From: Rhizodiscina lignyota
Lineage: Eukaryota
Direction: 5' to 3'
DNA length: 64,000 bases
Assembly: GCA_010015805.1 (NCBI GenBank)
Contig: ML978121.1
Coordinates: forward strand, 806,001 to 870,000
Below, one piece after another: positions 24,487-42,512 of this stretch. A program made the position numbers and the translations under genes. Each line of letters starts with the position of its first letter. Positions within the stretch are counted from its first letter, which is position 1. The notes beneath the pieces were generated by a model. The model saw only the letters and a program-made list of their open reading frames with translations. It had not been told where the DNA came from and did not search any database.

Positions 24487-25428
24487 ATGCGGTTCAAGCC
24501 AGATGCAGTTCAAGATAGACGGTGGCTTGGTGGTCCTCACGGCGGCACATTCATCGAAGCCATACAAAATCGCCGGCCTGGTCTTCTCTTGCTGTATGCC
24601 ACGTTCGCGATGGACGTTTAAAAATCACTCCGTTCTGTTCGCAAGCCTCCACGCGCTTAGGCATCCTGCGGTTAATCTATAGGAGTTCTTCGAGCATGTA
24701 GAACTATAGCCGATTTGGAATGAATACGAGAATTATGCTACCCGAGGCTCGATGCATGCGCAGGATCGTCCGCAAGGCCGTCCGCAAATTTCGCGAAGCC
24801 GCCATTAGCTGTGACTATTCGCAGAGTAGAGCACTCATCTCAACAATGATGAAAACAGCTTTTTCTCCTTCGGTCTCTCGCATTCCAGGGACTAAGGAGA
24901 CACTTCTTTAGGCTTAGCGTGACCAGCATTCGGAGGAAATCGACGAATTCATGTTTTGCGTGAAGGTCGAATTCATTCCAGCGTGAGAAGTGATTGCGAC
25001 GCCGCGAGATGTTGGCTCATCCATTATGTCAGCGCTTAAAATGCGAGCGTTGCGAGGGTGCGATTACAGTGACGAGCTAAGCTTTCGCTGTGGCAACGAA
25101 TCGAGGCTATGACAGTTCCCTTGCTCCGCATTGGATGGCGAACTGCCAGAATCTGTCACTGCAAGGGATGTATTCGCGTAGTGCTCTTTTAAACTCTGTC
25201 AGCAGGCTGCATCTGACCTGTAAACGCCGCGCAATATTTGGAACATGTCACTTCCATCTGGTGCATGCTACGTTCCGTGATGGCCTCCTCTGACGCAATC
25301 TAATAAACACGGATAGAACGCGAGACTGAAACGTCTCTTAAGTAGTCGCCGTCTCGTCTACAACCCTTGCTTTCAGCTTTTCTTTAATCGCAATTATCGT
25401 GAAAGGGATACAGGCAAGAATTTCAATC

Positions 25429-26276
25429 ATGTTGGGAACCTGGGAATACACGCTTGCGCTAACTGCGCTGCTCATGATATTTTGTAAGTGCCACCGAACA
25501 ACAAGAGATGGCTCTTGCTAACTTGCAAATAAGCGCCGGTGCCAATATTCGGCCAGGAGGTTCAAGATTATGAGAAAAGGGATTTCAGCGACTCTTTCAT
25601 CGTCTTCAACCGCTTACGAAATGGACACGCCTGCATCATGAGCATTACCTTCATCGTCCTCTACCCCCTTGGAGCAATCTCCATCCACCTGCCGATCGAG
25701 AGCATGCCTTTCTTAAGAAATACCTACCTGAAACAGAAAGTTCTCGCCATCCACGCACCCATCCAGATAATCGGCTTCCTCATGATGTGCGGAGGTATGG
25801 GCCTCGGAATTCGACTCGCTCACGATTTGGACTTCTTCAACAATCCGGTGCATGCGCACGTCGTCATCGGCCTGCTCGTCTGCTCCGTCATCATCCTGTT
25901 CCAGCCGGCCATGGGTGTCATCCAGCACCTGCATTACAGGAAGACGGGTGGGAAGAGCATTTTTGCCTACCTGCACCGCTGGACGGGACGCTGCGCCATC
26001 ATTCTGGGCATGATCAACAGTGGCCTGGGCTTCCAGCTGGCTAAGGAGAACGTGATCATCCGCTCGCACTCGTACATCAGGAACTACGTTCTCCTCGGTA
26101 TTCTCGTCGCTATCTGGTTCGCGCTCGTTGTATGGGACCAGTTCAAGCCAAAGGCTCCTAGAAACGTTACCGACGGAGGTGAAAAAGGCGTATTTGAGAA
26201 GCCTGCGTCTGATGCGCTTCCAAGCAGTGACCCGGTTCTTGCCAGTGATGGAATGACGGACGAATCGAGAAGATGA
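25429..26276 (+). CDS. Cytochrome b561-like integral membrane protein
   Basis: Signal-like exon 1, intron 25484-25533; haem-ligand His motifs HACIM, HAPIQ, HVVIG and HRWTGR in five TM helices. Confidence 0.82.
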
Positions 26277-26422
26277 AAGTGCGCAGTTCCTCGTGCGATT
26301 TTGTGTGTGCGGCATGATACCACTGTTCAATAAACGCGGAGTCTGGGATTCTGAATACTTCCTGATACCGTAGTTAGAGTAATGCTAATTAAAGTTTACA
26401 ATCGTTTGTTTCCATCATGCTT

Positions 26423-27563
26423 TTAGTCGTCCGAGACCCGCCAAACCAACCTCTCTCCGCTAGCCTCCTTGTTTCGGAGTGCATCCATCGACGCCTGCGC
26501 TCGTGCTAGGAGCGTCGGACCTTCGATGATTTTCTGTCTGTTCGGCTTCAAAGAGCCCTCAGCAAGAAGAGTCGGAATGACCTCAGGTTGGAGCTTCTCC
26601 TTGTTGCGTTCACTCTACTCAAATGTCAGTTTTGCGCTGTACTCGCATTTCCTCTCTAAGCATGCTTACTTTGAGATAGAAGTGTGTCCGAACGCCTGTC
26701 ACGTCAACGCCCTCAGCCCAATGTACATTCTCCGTCACGTCCATGGCATACACAGGCTCCAACGATGCAGTGGCATCACGCACAACGACGGGAAGCATGA
26801 CAGCGACCTTTGAGCCCTTCGTCGCAATCTTCGAGAGCGGTCTGATGCTTCCGTCGAGCGACCCAATGCTGTCAATAATATAGGGAATTGCTTTGTCGCC
26901 CCGAGCATGGACAATGGTCTCTATAACACCAGGATCATTATAGTCGAAGACTTGGGCTGCACCGAGTTCCTTGAGATAATCGGTATGGCGCTTCGAGGCT
27001 GTCGTCAAGATATTGCGGAAGCCATAGTACTTCAGAAGCTGGATCGAGAATTGGCCAACTGAAGATGAGCCACCCCAGACAAGGAATGGAGACTCTGCTT
27101 CCTTGGGGGAGAAGTTCGCCGGCTTCGGCCACGGGAGGTCAATACCAAGTTCCACATTGATGGTGTGCCATGCCGTTACAGCATTATTCGGAAGGGTCAC
27201 CGCTGCCTGTGGCTCAATTCCGGGCGGTAGTTTACCAAAAAGGAAGGCATCGCTGGTGACATACTTCTGGTGGCCCTTTTCTTTTGCAGTGCGCCATGTG
27301 AAGCCAAAGACCTGGTCACCTACAGTGAGATTATCGACGCCCTCTCCAACCTCAACAACTGGGCCAACAACACCATCACCAAGAAGGTGGGGCCACTCAG
27401 CAATGAGCAGACCTCCATCAGCTTGATGCAAGTCAAGCGGTGTTGAAGCTGTCCATTCGTTCTTGACGCGAATTTCTCCCTTTCCAGGCTTGACTGTGGG
27501 GACGTTTCGGATTTCCAATGGAGCTCTAGGCTTCACGGCCACGACGGCTGGGTGAGTACTCAT
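26423..27563 (-). CDS. MDR-family alcohol dehydrogenase / trans-enoyl reductase-like protein
   Basis: GroES-like N-terminus, AAVTLPNN, LVWGGSSSVGQFSIQ and LGAAQVFDYND; one intron near 26615-26669. Confidence 0.88.
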
Positions 27564-28984
27564 TTAGACGTGTCAAGTTAAGGGACTTTGGAAGTGAATG
27601 CTGATATGAGAGGAAATTCAAAGAGTTATAAAATGCTTGAGATGCTCTCTGGCGATAGGCAGTCACGACTGAAGACTGGCCATCGTTCCCACAATCGACC
27701 CGTACCTTATATACCTCTTTTGCAAAGACAATTGTACGATAGCTTGGAAATCAACAGCTTGCACGGCTTCCACGAACAATAAACATCATTCCAGTTGGGT
27801 AAACTTCGCGACTGTTGTTTCTGCGAACATGTGGAGGCTTAACCGTCTCTGCGGAGGAGATTACAAATGGCCGGCCACTTTTGAGGCATCAGAAATGCTC
27901 TCCCACAACGTTTGAACCTGTCAATTCCGGATTTAACAGCGAATATATGACAAACGAGTTCGTGATAATGCAGATCGCCTCTGCTTTTGTACAAGCGGCA
28001 GAGATGTTTGAGAAATGTGGAAAGCAAAGAGACGACAGAACGCGTGAACTCTGTTCGGCCGAAGTTTGACTAGCGCTAAGAAGGCATGGTATGGCCAAGC
28101 AAAGCTGCCAAGACAATCGGCCCGACATTGGGGAGATATCCATGTCATCTCACCCTTCAGCTCCGCGCCCCTTTCAACCAGCCCACACCGTTCTCAGTTC
28201 TCAGCGCTCAGCTCTCCAGCGATTGCACTTCTCATAACTCCATGACTGCCGATATCTCAACGCTCATTTCAGCGTCATACACCTGCCGTGTGTCTTCGGA
28301 TTAGTCCCAGCTATCTTTCAATCCATGTCTTGCTTCGCCATCTCCTGCAGTCTCGCCAGCTGAGGCACCATCACTGGCCTGCATCAAAAGACGGCTGAGG
28401 TCTGGCCAGAGCCTTGCAGCCACACTGAGGCATTCTATCACCACAAAACCGACATCGTGAAGACCACTTTTGGCATGACGCATTCAGCTTCGCCCCGCGC
28501 CTATCTGGATTAAGCTCTGCCACCCAGACTTAGCTGCAATATCTGCATACGCGAAGCGCATCTGCCAGGCAACGTTTTCAGCCCTAGCATGCAAGACGTC
28601 CAGTCGCTGGAGGATAAACATGGTATTTTGAGAGGCCTTGCGCCACTTGTGCATTTCCGTGAAGGCGATGCTATCGCGAATGGTTTGCTGCCCTGCAACC
28701 AGAGCACACCATCGACTCTCAGCACAGTTGTTCAGCGCTTGGAAGGAGGGGAGGCACCACGCGGACAATGGCCGCTTGCAATACGCATGGATCGGCTAGG
28801 TGGTTTCCTCATGCAACATTCACCGGCTGGACATTCAACTGTTATTGCTCTTGGTTGCGATAAAGTAGGCTGCAGTCCAGTTGCCCGACTGCACAGGTAG
28901 GCAAACACCAGAATAATTCAGCCTTTTGATATTCTTTTTGAAATCCTTCTTTTCCTAGCCCGGCCCATTCCTTTCCCTCCTGAA

Positions 28985-30011
28985 ATGGAGATGGGGAGCT
29001 ATCGATCGACTATAGAGTTTCCCGATGTCTACGCAAAGCAACCATCTTCGTACGTACGAGATATGGATACCTCGCACTCTATGGACTCACCTCTGCTCTC
29101 TCCAGACTCTGCCAGGCAGAGTCTCGGTTTTACTAAAGCAGCTATCACATTTCGCGATCAGCTGGGCAGTATCAGACGAAAGCGAGATTCAGAACAGACC
29201 GTCACATCCAGCTGGGTTCCACCTACGCCAACATTACCAGCCAAACGCGACTCCCTGGACAGAAGCATTAAGATACTACGCATTGTGCAGAGCACTTTAA
29301 CGGCGCTCCTTTCCTTGGCAATTGCGTTCATGCAGGGCCGCGTGTATTATATCTTCCTACGTACGAAAAATGTTCCTGGCGCGTGGCCGAAGACTCCACA
29401 ACTCACGCAGACTCTACTCCTATTCAGCGTCTCCGTATCTGCTTTTACGTTTGATATCTGTATGCTTTTCGCGTATCTCATGCCAAACAAGCGATTCGCC
29501 AAAAAGTTGTACAGAATCGCGAACGGAGCACACTACATTGTGACGTCCGCGAAGACCGTCGCGTACGCACTGACATCGGTAGTGTGTAAGCTAGGATTCA
29601 ACTTTGGAAACTCGAGTGGGACAAACACGGATCTGTGGAGTTGGACTTGCACGGCAGAAGCGGCCGAGTACGCCGACTATAACCAGGCTCCGTCAAATTG
29701 CGATGCGCAGGTGCGTCTCATCCCTATACACAATGATGTGACTGCAGGTGTGGCTGACGAGATCGTGATCACAGACTATAGCCTGGTACTTCGCACTCGC
29801 CCAGATCGGTATTGAGCTCATCGGCGTTGTCATAAGCCTTTTGGTCATGCAGCAGAAGATCCGGAAGCTGGGACAAGAGGATGGAGCAGAAGAAAATGCC
29901 TCGCCATCGCTGGGAAATAAACGCTACGAGAAGTTGGCTGAGCTGAGCCCAGAAGTGGACACTGAGCTCAGCGACGTGACCCCGGATGTCAATGCCACGG
30001 CTCATTTCTGA
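28985..30011 (+). CDS. Hypothetical four-TM membrane protein (MARVEL-like)
   Basis: Hydrophobic segments and a DLWSWTC...C loop; intron 29711-29774 restores a final TM exon ending at TGA 30009-30011. Confidence 0.72.
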
Positions 30012-30753
30012 TACTTTTGGGAATACAATAACGTCTGTCGCATTCGTTCTGTGTCTGGATGGCTCGTCTCACATTTCTATCTCATTCATCTGTTGCCGCA
30101 TCATCCGTAATCATTGTCAGTCTTGAATAACTTTCTTATACGAGAGAAACATCTTGTAAACGATATGTATAGAGTTGACGCATCAGATTCGTATCATAAC
30201 TAACTCATTATGCAACATGAGTGATAATTGGGCCAATCAGCGCAGGATACTGCGGAGAAGCGTGTTACTTCCCGTTTCGGTATTGACTGCTTAGGAAGCA
30301 TATAACCTCCACCATTCGAATTGATAACGTTTCGGTGTTCAACGGCGCCCGCTCTCTAGGTATCCACTGCTTATATGGAGAAAAACAATACCTTTACTTA
30401 AACGAGTAATGTCAGCGTACATAATCCGGTAGTAAGCGGCCGTGACGAGGGCACGCACCACTGACCGGCAATCAGAAACCTAAAAAGATGGATCATACCA
30501 AGATATTCATATAGGCGGATATATCTTCTCAGTCTCACAGACATGTTACGTCTTACAGGATCTTGGACATTTTTGTCAGAAATCTTCAAAAGCCGAAAGC
30601 CGAGCTGGTAGGCACTGATTCCTTGTACCATTTCCCTAATTCGCACTCGCGACGCCAGCATTGAAGCATTTCATATATTATAAAGGCTTGAGCGCATTAT
30701 CTCAGCAGTTTTCATTCACTATACAGACCTGCACGCTCTGCGGATTCGGCGTT

Positions 30754-32427
30754 ATGAATGCTCCACCAGGCCAGCGACTCGTTCCTGTCCTCATCGATGA
30801 ACAAGCCGAACGCACACCAACAAAAGTTTACGCTTCAGTCCCACAATCCTCGCAACTAGAACCGGGCTGCTATCGTGATGTAACCATCCGAGACTTCGCT
30901 CGCGCGATTGATCGCCTCTGCGCGTTTCTTGAACCGCTCATCGGGTTCAGCACGACTCTCAATACTGTCGCTTACTTTGGACCCCCCGACATTCGATATC
31001 AAATGATGATGCCTGCGCTCTCGAAGCTCGGCCATAAAGTGCTCTTCTCGGCACCGAGGAACAGTCCTGAAATGCACCTGAACCTTCTGAACAACACCGA
31101 GTGCACTACAATCTTACATTCGGCCGAGATCGACGTGCGGGCTACCATTGGCTCTGCGTACGAGGGTCGAAAGTCTCATGCAATTCCATCGTTGGACGAT
31201 CTCTTTTGGAGTATGACTGAGCCAGCCAAGCACTACTCCTACACCAAGACGTTCGAAGAGGCCAGAAACGAGCCTTATGTCATCTTTCATACCTCTGGGT
31301 CGACGGGCATGCCCAAACCAGTCCCACATACCCATGGTTGGGCCGCTGCTTTTGACTACCAGCTGCATCACCCACCCGTCAATGGTCGTCGTAGTGTAGT
31401 TTCGATGATTGCAGATCGAGGTCGCGTACTGAAGGGCTTCGCTCCGTGGCATACTTCAGGAGGAGATGCGTTCGGTCTGTTGTCAGGCGTATTCGGGGAG
31501 AACTGCTTCGTATGGTTTCCGTATGACAGAATGCCGACTGCAGAAGACGCGTTGAAAATAGCGGGGATAGCGCGCTGCAACCAGGTGAAGTTGTCCATCG
31601 ATCAGTATCAAGCCATGGCTAAGCTGAAAGGAGGGCTCGAGATGCTAGAGAGCATGGATGCAATTTGGTACGGAGGCGGCGCGATGGATGAGTCCCTTGG
31701 CAAGCTACTCTCAAAGAGGTGTCGCATGGTCAACCTTTACGGAGGCACGGAATGCGGTGCTCCTGGACTACAACTCGTGTCGGATGCGTGGAACTGCGTC
31801 AACTTCGACTCCTCGTTTCCCGGTCTCGAGTTCCGCGATATGGGGGACGGGATCTACGAGTTATTTGTCGTCCGATATCCAGGATGCGAGGACCAGCATG
31901 CAGTGTGGCATGTGTTTCCAGACATACAAGAGTGGTCACTGAAAGACCTGTGGTCGAAGCACCCCACTCTCCCGAACCACTGGGCATACCAGGGTCGTGT
32001 TGATGATTTGATTGTATTCAAAGCCGCATACAAATATAACCCTCTGGCATTCGAGGAGCATCTTCGAACACATCCACTCATTAGAGCGGCGCTGATGGCG
32101 GGTACGGGTCACAATCAATCTGTTGCACTGCTCGAATTGGACGACAGCGCGCAGTTTGATGGGACAGAGGAGAGCAAGCAGCGCATACTGGATGCCATCT
32201 GGCCAACAATGGAGGAGGCAAACGAGACAGCTCCCAGACATGCCAGAGTGTTGAGGAGCCACGTTTTGTTTACCAAGCCAGACTGTCCGATCCAGAAGGC
32301 GATGAAAGGCACAGTGCAACGAGCACCTACTCTTCGGAACTACCGGAAGGAGATTGATGATGTGTACGAGAGATTTGGTGACGAAAAGCTCGAGGGCATT
32401 ATGCCCGCTGTCGTCGATGGCAAATGA
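30754..32427 (+). CDS. Stand-alone adenylation (AMP-binding) enzyme related to NRPS-like reductase A-domains
   Basis: HTSGSTGMPKP, YGGTE, GRVDDLI and KAMKGTVQR motifs; ends without a carrier or reductase domain; intronless. Confidence 0.88.
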   Translation: MNAPPGQRLVPVLIDEQAERTPTKVYASVPQSSQLEPGCYRDVTIRDFARAIDRLCAFLEPLIGFSTTLNTVAYFGPPDIRYQMMMPALSKLGHKVLFSAPRNSPEMHLNLLNNTECTTILHSAEIDVRATIGSAYEGRKSHAIPSLDDLFWSMTEPAKHYSYTKTFEEARNEPYVIFHTSGSTGMPKPVPHTHGWAAAFDYQLHHPPVNGRRSVVSMIADRGRVLKGFAPWHTSGGDAFGLLSGVFGENCFVWFPYDRMPTAEDALKIAGIARCNQVKLSIDQYQAMAKLKGGLEMLESMDAIWYGGGAMDESLGKLLSKRCRMVNLYGGTECGAPGLQLVSDAWNCVNFDSSFPGLEFRDMGDGIYELFVVRYPGCEDQHAVWHVFPDIQEWSLKDLWSKHPTLPNHWAYQGRVDDLIVFKAAYKYNPLAFEEHLRTHPLIRAALMAGTGHNQSVALLELDDSAQFDGTEESKQRILDAIWPTMEEANETAPRHARVLRSHVLFTKPDCPIQKAMKGTVQRAPTLRNYRKEIDDVYERFGDEKLEGIMPAVVDGK

Positions 32428-33962
32428 TACCACGAACAAGACTCCGATGGCAAATGGTCCTCTTGTTAGCCTGAATATAACAAAATCATATCATATCCTA
32501 ACATCCTCTTGTGCGGTTATGTTTAAGCAAACAGATCCCATGGTGTATAAATCCCAGCTCTATCCCTTCGCGATTCCAGGCGGACGTTGTCGTTAAAGTG
32601 ACACGAATGGCAGAGACCGCGACAAAACATCCTGATTGTACTGGTCTTGTGACAACAGCAGCGATTTCAGACATCTTGGCACCTCATGGAGCCGCGAAAG
32701 GGGTTGAATGATGTATGGGATCGGATTAATGACTTCATTGAAAGAAAAGTACCCCAAGAAGCGGCATGGGATAAGATCCAAGAACACCATTAGACATATC
32801 AGAGGACTAGAAAATCGCCCATGTGTAGGACAAAAGATATTAAAGCTAAACTGGAGAAACTGCTTGAAGAAATTGGTCACGCGCAAAAGACGTACTTGAA
32901 AATGAGACAAACTGCACAGAAGTATTCAAGACACTCTTGCGCGACGAAGTGCTAGGCAAGGGGGAAGAGTACAGCTTCAGGAAGGACATTCGGAGGTTAA
33001 TCTGGAGCGTGAGCATGAGCCGGAATATCCTGCACTCGGTATTTGTGTATAGTTGCTCTGTGAAGGATATATTTAATAGTATGCGGGACCCACTAAGATA
33101 GTTTAGTGCTGCTTATGGAATACCAGAACTTTTGCCTAACTGGTCGTCATAACCCTGAGCGCACTGTGTGTGGCATCCGTGAATTGACAGGAAGTAGTGA
33201 CATTTGTTCCTTAATAACAAGACGAAAGACTGCAAGATCCCACATGTAAATTGTTTGTTGTTCAAGTGTCAAAGCGCATGGTAGGCCATGTGAGGGTTCT
33301 CGCAAACAGCCATGGTATATATCTTCAGCGGTCCAGGCCCTGAATCTGTATTGAATCATCAACTTCAGCAATCAGTACCGGAACGAACAACTTTCGTGAG
33401 CAAAATGTCATAGGGCCTTCTAACTCACGCAGAGATCTAACGGAGACGGAATCTGGATTAGAAATGGAGGAGAGTAAACGAATGCATTAAGACGCACGCC
33501 CCAGAAAGTTGGACAGAAGTACATGAACTCCGTGAAAGGATAGACAAAGACTGGAAAGATGATACTGTCAAAAATTCGCACATCAAAAGCATCATCTCGA
33601 GTCTGGAAGATGAAATGACATTGAAAAGTGGCCAAGACTTGCTACTATCGGGCGCGACAATCTTTAAGGAATGGGTAGAGGGACCATCTTCGGATCAACC
33701 TGGTCCTGCGTTCGATTGCGCAGATTGCATTGCAGGTTTGGAAGATAACTGACGCTCTAACTTTGGTGATCTAAGTTAGTGGGAGACGAAAATGGTGGAG
33801 AAAACGGGACGAGGACTCAGCCGCGCAAGGGGGAGCTTTTCCTGACTGGCATGTGTGACGCATCTTTATCATGACAAACAGATAGCTCCGCAATTTATAC
33901 AATGCCTCGTCTCAATCTCTTCTCGATGGATCCAGGCTTAACTGTGATCACTTCAAGCCATT

Positions 33963-35467
33963 ATGGCTCTCGCCAAACTCCTTGATGTCCCCGGGGGGCT
34001 TATAACGGTCTTCACCACCGCGTTGACAACTTACTTTCTGTCAATTGCCGTCTATCGCGTTTACTTCCACCCTCTATCGCACATCCCTGGACCTCTATTT
34101 GCAAAGATCACGTCTCTATGGCTCTGTCGCCATACGTACCGCGGCACCGAAGCCAGCACGCTCCTCGCCCTCCATCGTAAATACGGACCAGTCCTGCGCA
34201 TAGCTCCTAACGAGGTCGACATCTCCGATGGCGCCGCACTGAACACAATTTATGTCGCCAATGGTGGGTTTCGAAAGGCACAATGCTACAAGAACTTCGA
34301 CATAGATGGGCATGCAACGGTCTTCTCCGCACTCGATCCTAACCACCGACTACCCCGGGCGAAGGCAGTGCTGGGAATGTTTGCACTCGGTGCTATCAGG
34401 TCAGGGAACGAGAGCATTGTGGAATGCGTGGATCGAATGACAGACCGCCTGGAGAGAGAAAGTGAACGGAGCAAGACCGAAGATAAGGCTGTAAACGTTC
34501 TCAACCTTACGAGAAGTTTGGCGTTGGATGCTGTGAGCGCGTATCTGTTTGGGAAGCCATATAACGGGATCATGGAAGAGAAACTGAGCGCGAGCCAATT
34601 TGTGGACGCCTTTGTCGCAGTTGGACGCTTCTTCTACCTACCAAATTGGGCCTTCCTACTGCTAGAGATGCTCGAAGCGAGAATAGATCCAGAGAAAGAC
34701 AAAGTAGAGAAGAGCATGGTCACAGTGGATGAGTTTGTAGCGGACTTGGTGGATAATGCAAACGCTGAGGACAATACCTATCAAGGTCGACTGAAGAATG
34801 CAGGATTCTCAGATCACGAGAATAAGGCACAGTGCAAGGACTTGATGTTTGCAGGCACTGATTCTACAGGCATGAATCTAGCGACGATACTGTGGAATAT
34901 GGCGAAGCAGCCAGCTATGTATGGCGATCCAATTACTTTTCTCGTATTGCCCGCTGACATCGCAACAGCTACGCGAAGCTTCGTGAGGAACTTCTGAGCA
35001 CTCCGCCGTCGACAGACCCCATGACTTTACCGTATCTGCGCGCTGTTATCAATGAAGGCCTACGCCTTTCGATGGCCAATCCGACTCGATTCCCACGTAT
35101 CGTTCCACTGGGTGGTTTTGCTACCCCGACTCCAAAGTCGTATCATCTCCCGCCAGGGACGATTGTGGGCGTCACGCCATTCACTTTATATCTCAACGAC
35201 GAAGTATATCCTTCTCCAGAAGTGTTCAAGCCTGAACGATGGGAATATGCAACACCCAAGATGAACCGGGATCATATCCCATTCGGTCTTGGAGCTCGGC
35301 AATGCATCGCCAGAAATCTTGCCACTGTGGAATTATTTATTGCGCTTGATAAACTCGTAAGAAAAGATGTTCTGAGAGGTGCGAGAGCAATTGGCGACAA
35401 GATCGAGATCCTAGAGTGGTTCAACTCCAAAGTCAAAGATGAAAAGATAGAGATTGCATGGAACTAG
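33963..35467 (+). CDS. Cytochrome P450
   Basis: FHPLSHIPGP, AGTDST, EGLR, PERW and FGLGARQCIA; intron about 34918-34968. Confidence 0.95.
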
Positions 35468-35952
35468 GCGGCAGCCCTTTCGTCCATACATGATACAATT
35501 AGAATTGCATCATCTTGCAATCTCGTCGTGAATAAAGCGCGCATCGCGTATGCTCGCGTACCAACTGCGCAAGCTGACCCGCCATGCCTGGACTCTCACG
35601 CGCTCGTCATGGCAAGAGTTGTCCGCTTCCGGCAATTTCCCTTGCTCTAGTCGCTCAGCGCACTGTTAAAAGCGCAGAGCCGCACTGATGACCTGCATGG
35701 CATGCGGAGCTAATCCGCCTCCAGCGTCCCATGGATCCTCCTGCTCCACTTCGGCTGACCTCGGCAGTTCGTGAGGTATCCCCACCGGTACCGCAATTAG
35801 GATATTCCCGAGTTATGGGGACGCGTTTCGATGGCGACGCGATGCATATTAGAAATTCCATTTAAAGTAGGCAATGTCATTACTTCCTTAGACTTTCAAA
35901 ATCAAGCTGCTTTCTTTCCTTCGCCGTCGCAAATTCTTGCTTCATATTCAAT

Positions 35953-37498
<1,546 letters not shown>

Positions 37499-37615
37499 AG
37501 AAAGATTACAATGAGACTTTTTATAGAGTATATATCATCTGTGGTGCGCATACTAATAAGTCGCACCGCGAAGTGAATCGAAAGACCCCTTCATGCCACT
37601 CATTACCTATACTTC

Positions 37616-38568
37616 CTACTGCTTCGTCTTCCAAGTAGCATCTGCATCTGACTCTCAATTAGCGCTATCTCAATAAGAAATCGGCCCAACTCACCAGGAT
37701 GAACGTCCAGCTCAGCAATTCCTTCCCTCAACTCCTTCTTCCTCCTCCAATCACTCCCAAACCGCTCATCCCTCTCTCCAACCATTTTCTCAAACTCGAA
37801 CTGCCCACTCTCCGTGTAGCTTGTCATGAGCTTCGGCTCACCCATCGGCACCTTATCTCCGCGGTCGGTTTGCCATAGATGGTACACCTTGCCGTAGATG
37901 TGGATCACGTCCTCCATCTCTTTCGTCTCGGCGACTTCCCAGGCTGAGGCAGGAACGACGCTGGGTTGCGGCATGATGAGCATCCCGGACTTCACTTCGA
38001 AGACGTGGCTGTGCCAGAGCTTGCGCTCTTCAGGCGGAAGTGTCGAGTAGATGCGCGGCGAGACCATGTACTCGATGCCAATGAGCCTGGCGTTGGGCTC
38101 GGGCGAGTCATAGAGTATGCATTGGCGGATGTCTGAGTGCGTGTCAGAAAGTGATAACATATCCCACTTAGAAGTAGCGTATCGACATTGTGGAAAGGCA
38201 GTGTGAAGGCACTGCAGAGGCCAGATAGATGTTACCGACTGGAGAAGAGAGGACAAATAATTATGACGAGATTGAATATGGAAATTACATACCTTCATTC
38301 AAATGGCTACAGTAATGATTCGCCTCGACGCATCGTCCCGGCTCATCGACGTAGGCATGGAAAGCATTCAGATGCGCGCAGATCTGGCTGATGGGTCGGA
38401 AGTCCTATTTTGTGAAGCAAAATAATTAGCTACATTGTTATTCCTGCTACTCAATAAATGCCGGAAGCAGAATCGTACTTGTGTTGCCGATGCTCCAGTT
38501 TCAAGCACCTTGCTCTTAGTAGTGAGAGGTTCGCCAGCGGCCTTGTTCGTCACGGGTATGGAATCCAT
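37616..38568 (-). CDS. DUF1264 (oil body-associated protein-like) protein
   Basis: [36 protein letters not shown] and [14 protein letters not shown]; three introns. Confidence 0.9.
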
Positions 38569-39109
38569 TTCTTGAAGTGTAGATTAAGATAACCTTCAGA
38601 CTGCAGGGTGTGGAGACTTTTTGTTGATTTATTCTGTCTAAATACAGACCACATAAACCAGAAGGCCCTTCTCCGACGTCATCGTGATCGAATAGCATTT
38701 TGGATGTTCGGTGGCAAATCAGTTCACACATTGTTACCAGAAATGGAGGTTTATGGTGTATAATGTAAGAGGGGGAAACTATTGAAACATGCCATATTTG
38801 CCCTATGCTACTTGTAACAAGCTACCAGTATGCCGAGAACCATCCGTCCAGTTCTGTTTCTGTTTCGCGCGGCCGTCAAAGCAGCAAGCGTCCGTCGCTT
38901 CAAGGAAACAAGAAGGCAGAGCATGAGCATCGCATGCTGAGAGTGAAAGAAGTTATTGCCGCAATCTAGTGTCAACTCCATGTGCAAATGTGCATTTCCA
39001 AAGCCATGAATCTTTGCAACCGCATGAAAGCATCTCTCTTCCCATTATCCCCTGGGGATGTCACCTGAATTTTCAGAGTGCATGATGAGCCACAGAAGCA
39101 TCCCTTCCT

Positions 39110-41895
<2,786 letters not shown>

Positions 41896-42512
41896 GATGG
41901 AGATAAACTCTTTGAGGTGTGAAGCTCGAGGATGGGTTTGGCGAAGCTTGCGAGGGCGAGAGGATGAGCGTTGAGTTGTTGAAGCTTCTCTCGGGAGATG
42001 GTTGAGAGAAGAAAGTTGGAAGAGGTTGACGTTGATGAAGAGGAGGCTTTGTAGAGGCGGGAGGTGTTGGTGTTGTTGGGTGTAGGCAAGCTTAGTGACG
42101 AACGCGCTCGAAGGTGAAGGTCCGAAGGCTAGCCCTTAGCGCGCCAAGGCCCGCACGCAAGCAACACACACGTTGCCTCAAGAGACGCCAGTCAGCAGTT
42201 CAATGGAAGCGAGCCGAAGCATGCGGAATTTCTAGCATGAAAGATTACTATGGAGCGTCGGGTACACTCATGTGGCAAGCCTGCACACCGAGTCTCCAGC
42301 ATCTTCTAGATCACGTGGCAAACTCTTTGCCGCTGTGAAAACAAGCGCCGTCGGAGATGGGTCAAATCCTATTGGACCATTGGACCCGAAATATGATACA
42401 CGACTCGAGCATCGAAGTGTTCTATACAGGACATGCTAATGAATCCAATCTATAGCTGCAAAATCTACGCCATTGCCTCATAGTCCCTAGAGTGTGCGTC
42501 GAAATAAAATTC

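Noticed and set aside
42268..42335. GTGGCAAA (Rpn4/PACE-like) and CACGTG upstream of CDC48; GGTGGCAAA at 38710
   Set aside because: Short motifs; the yeast PACE consensus may not apply to filamentous fungi. Not supportable without conservation data.
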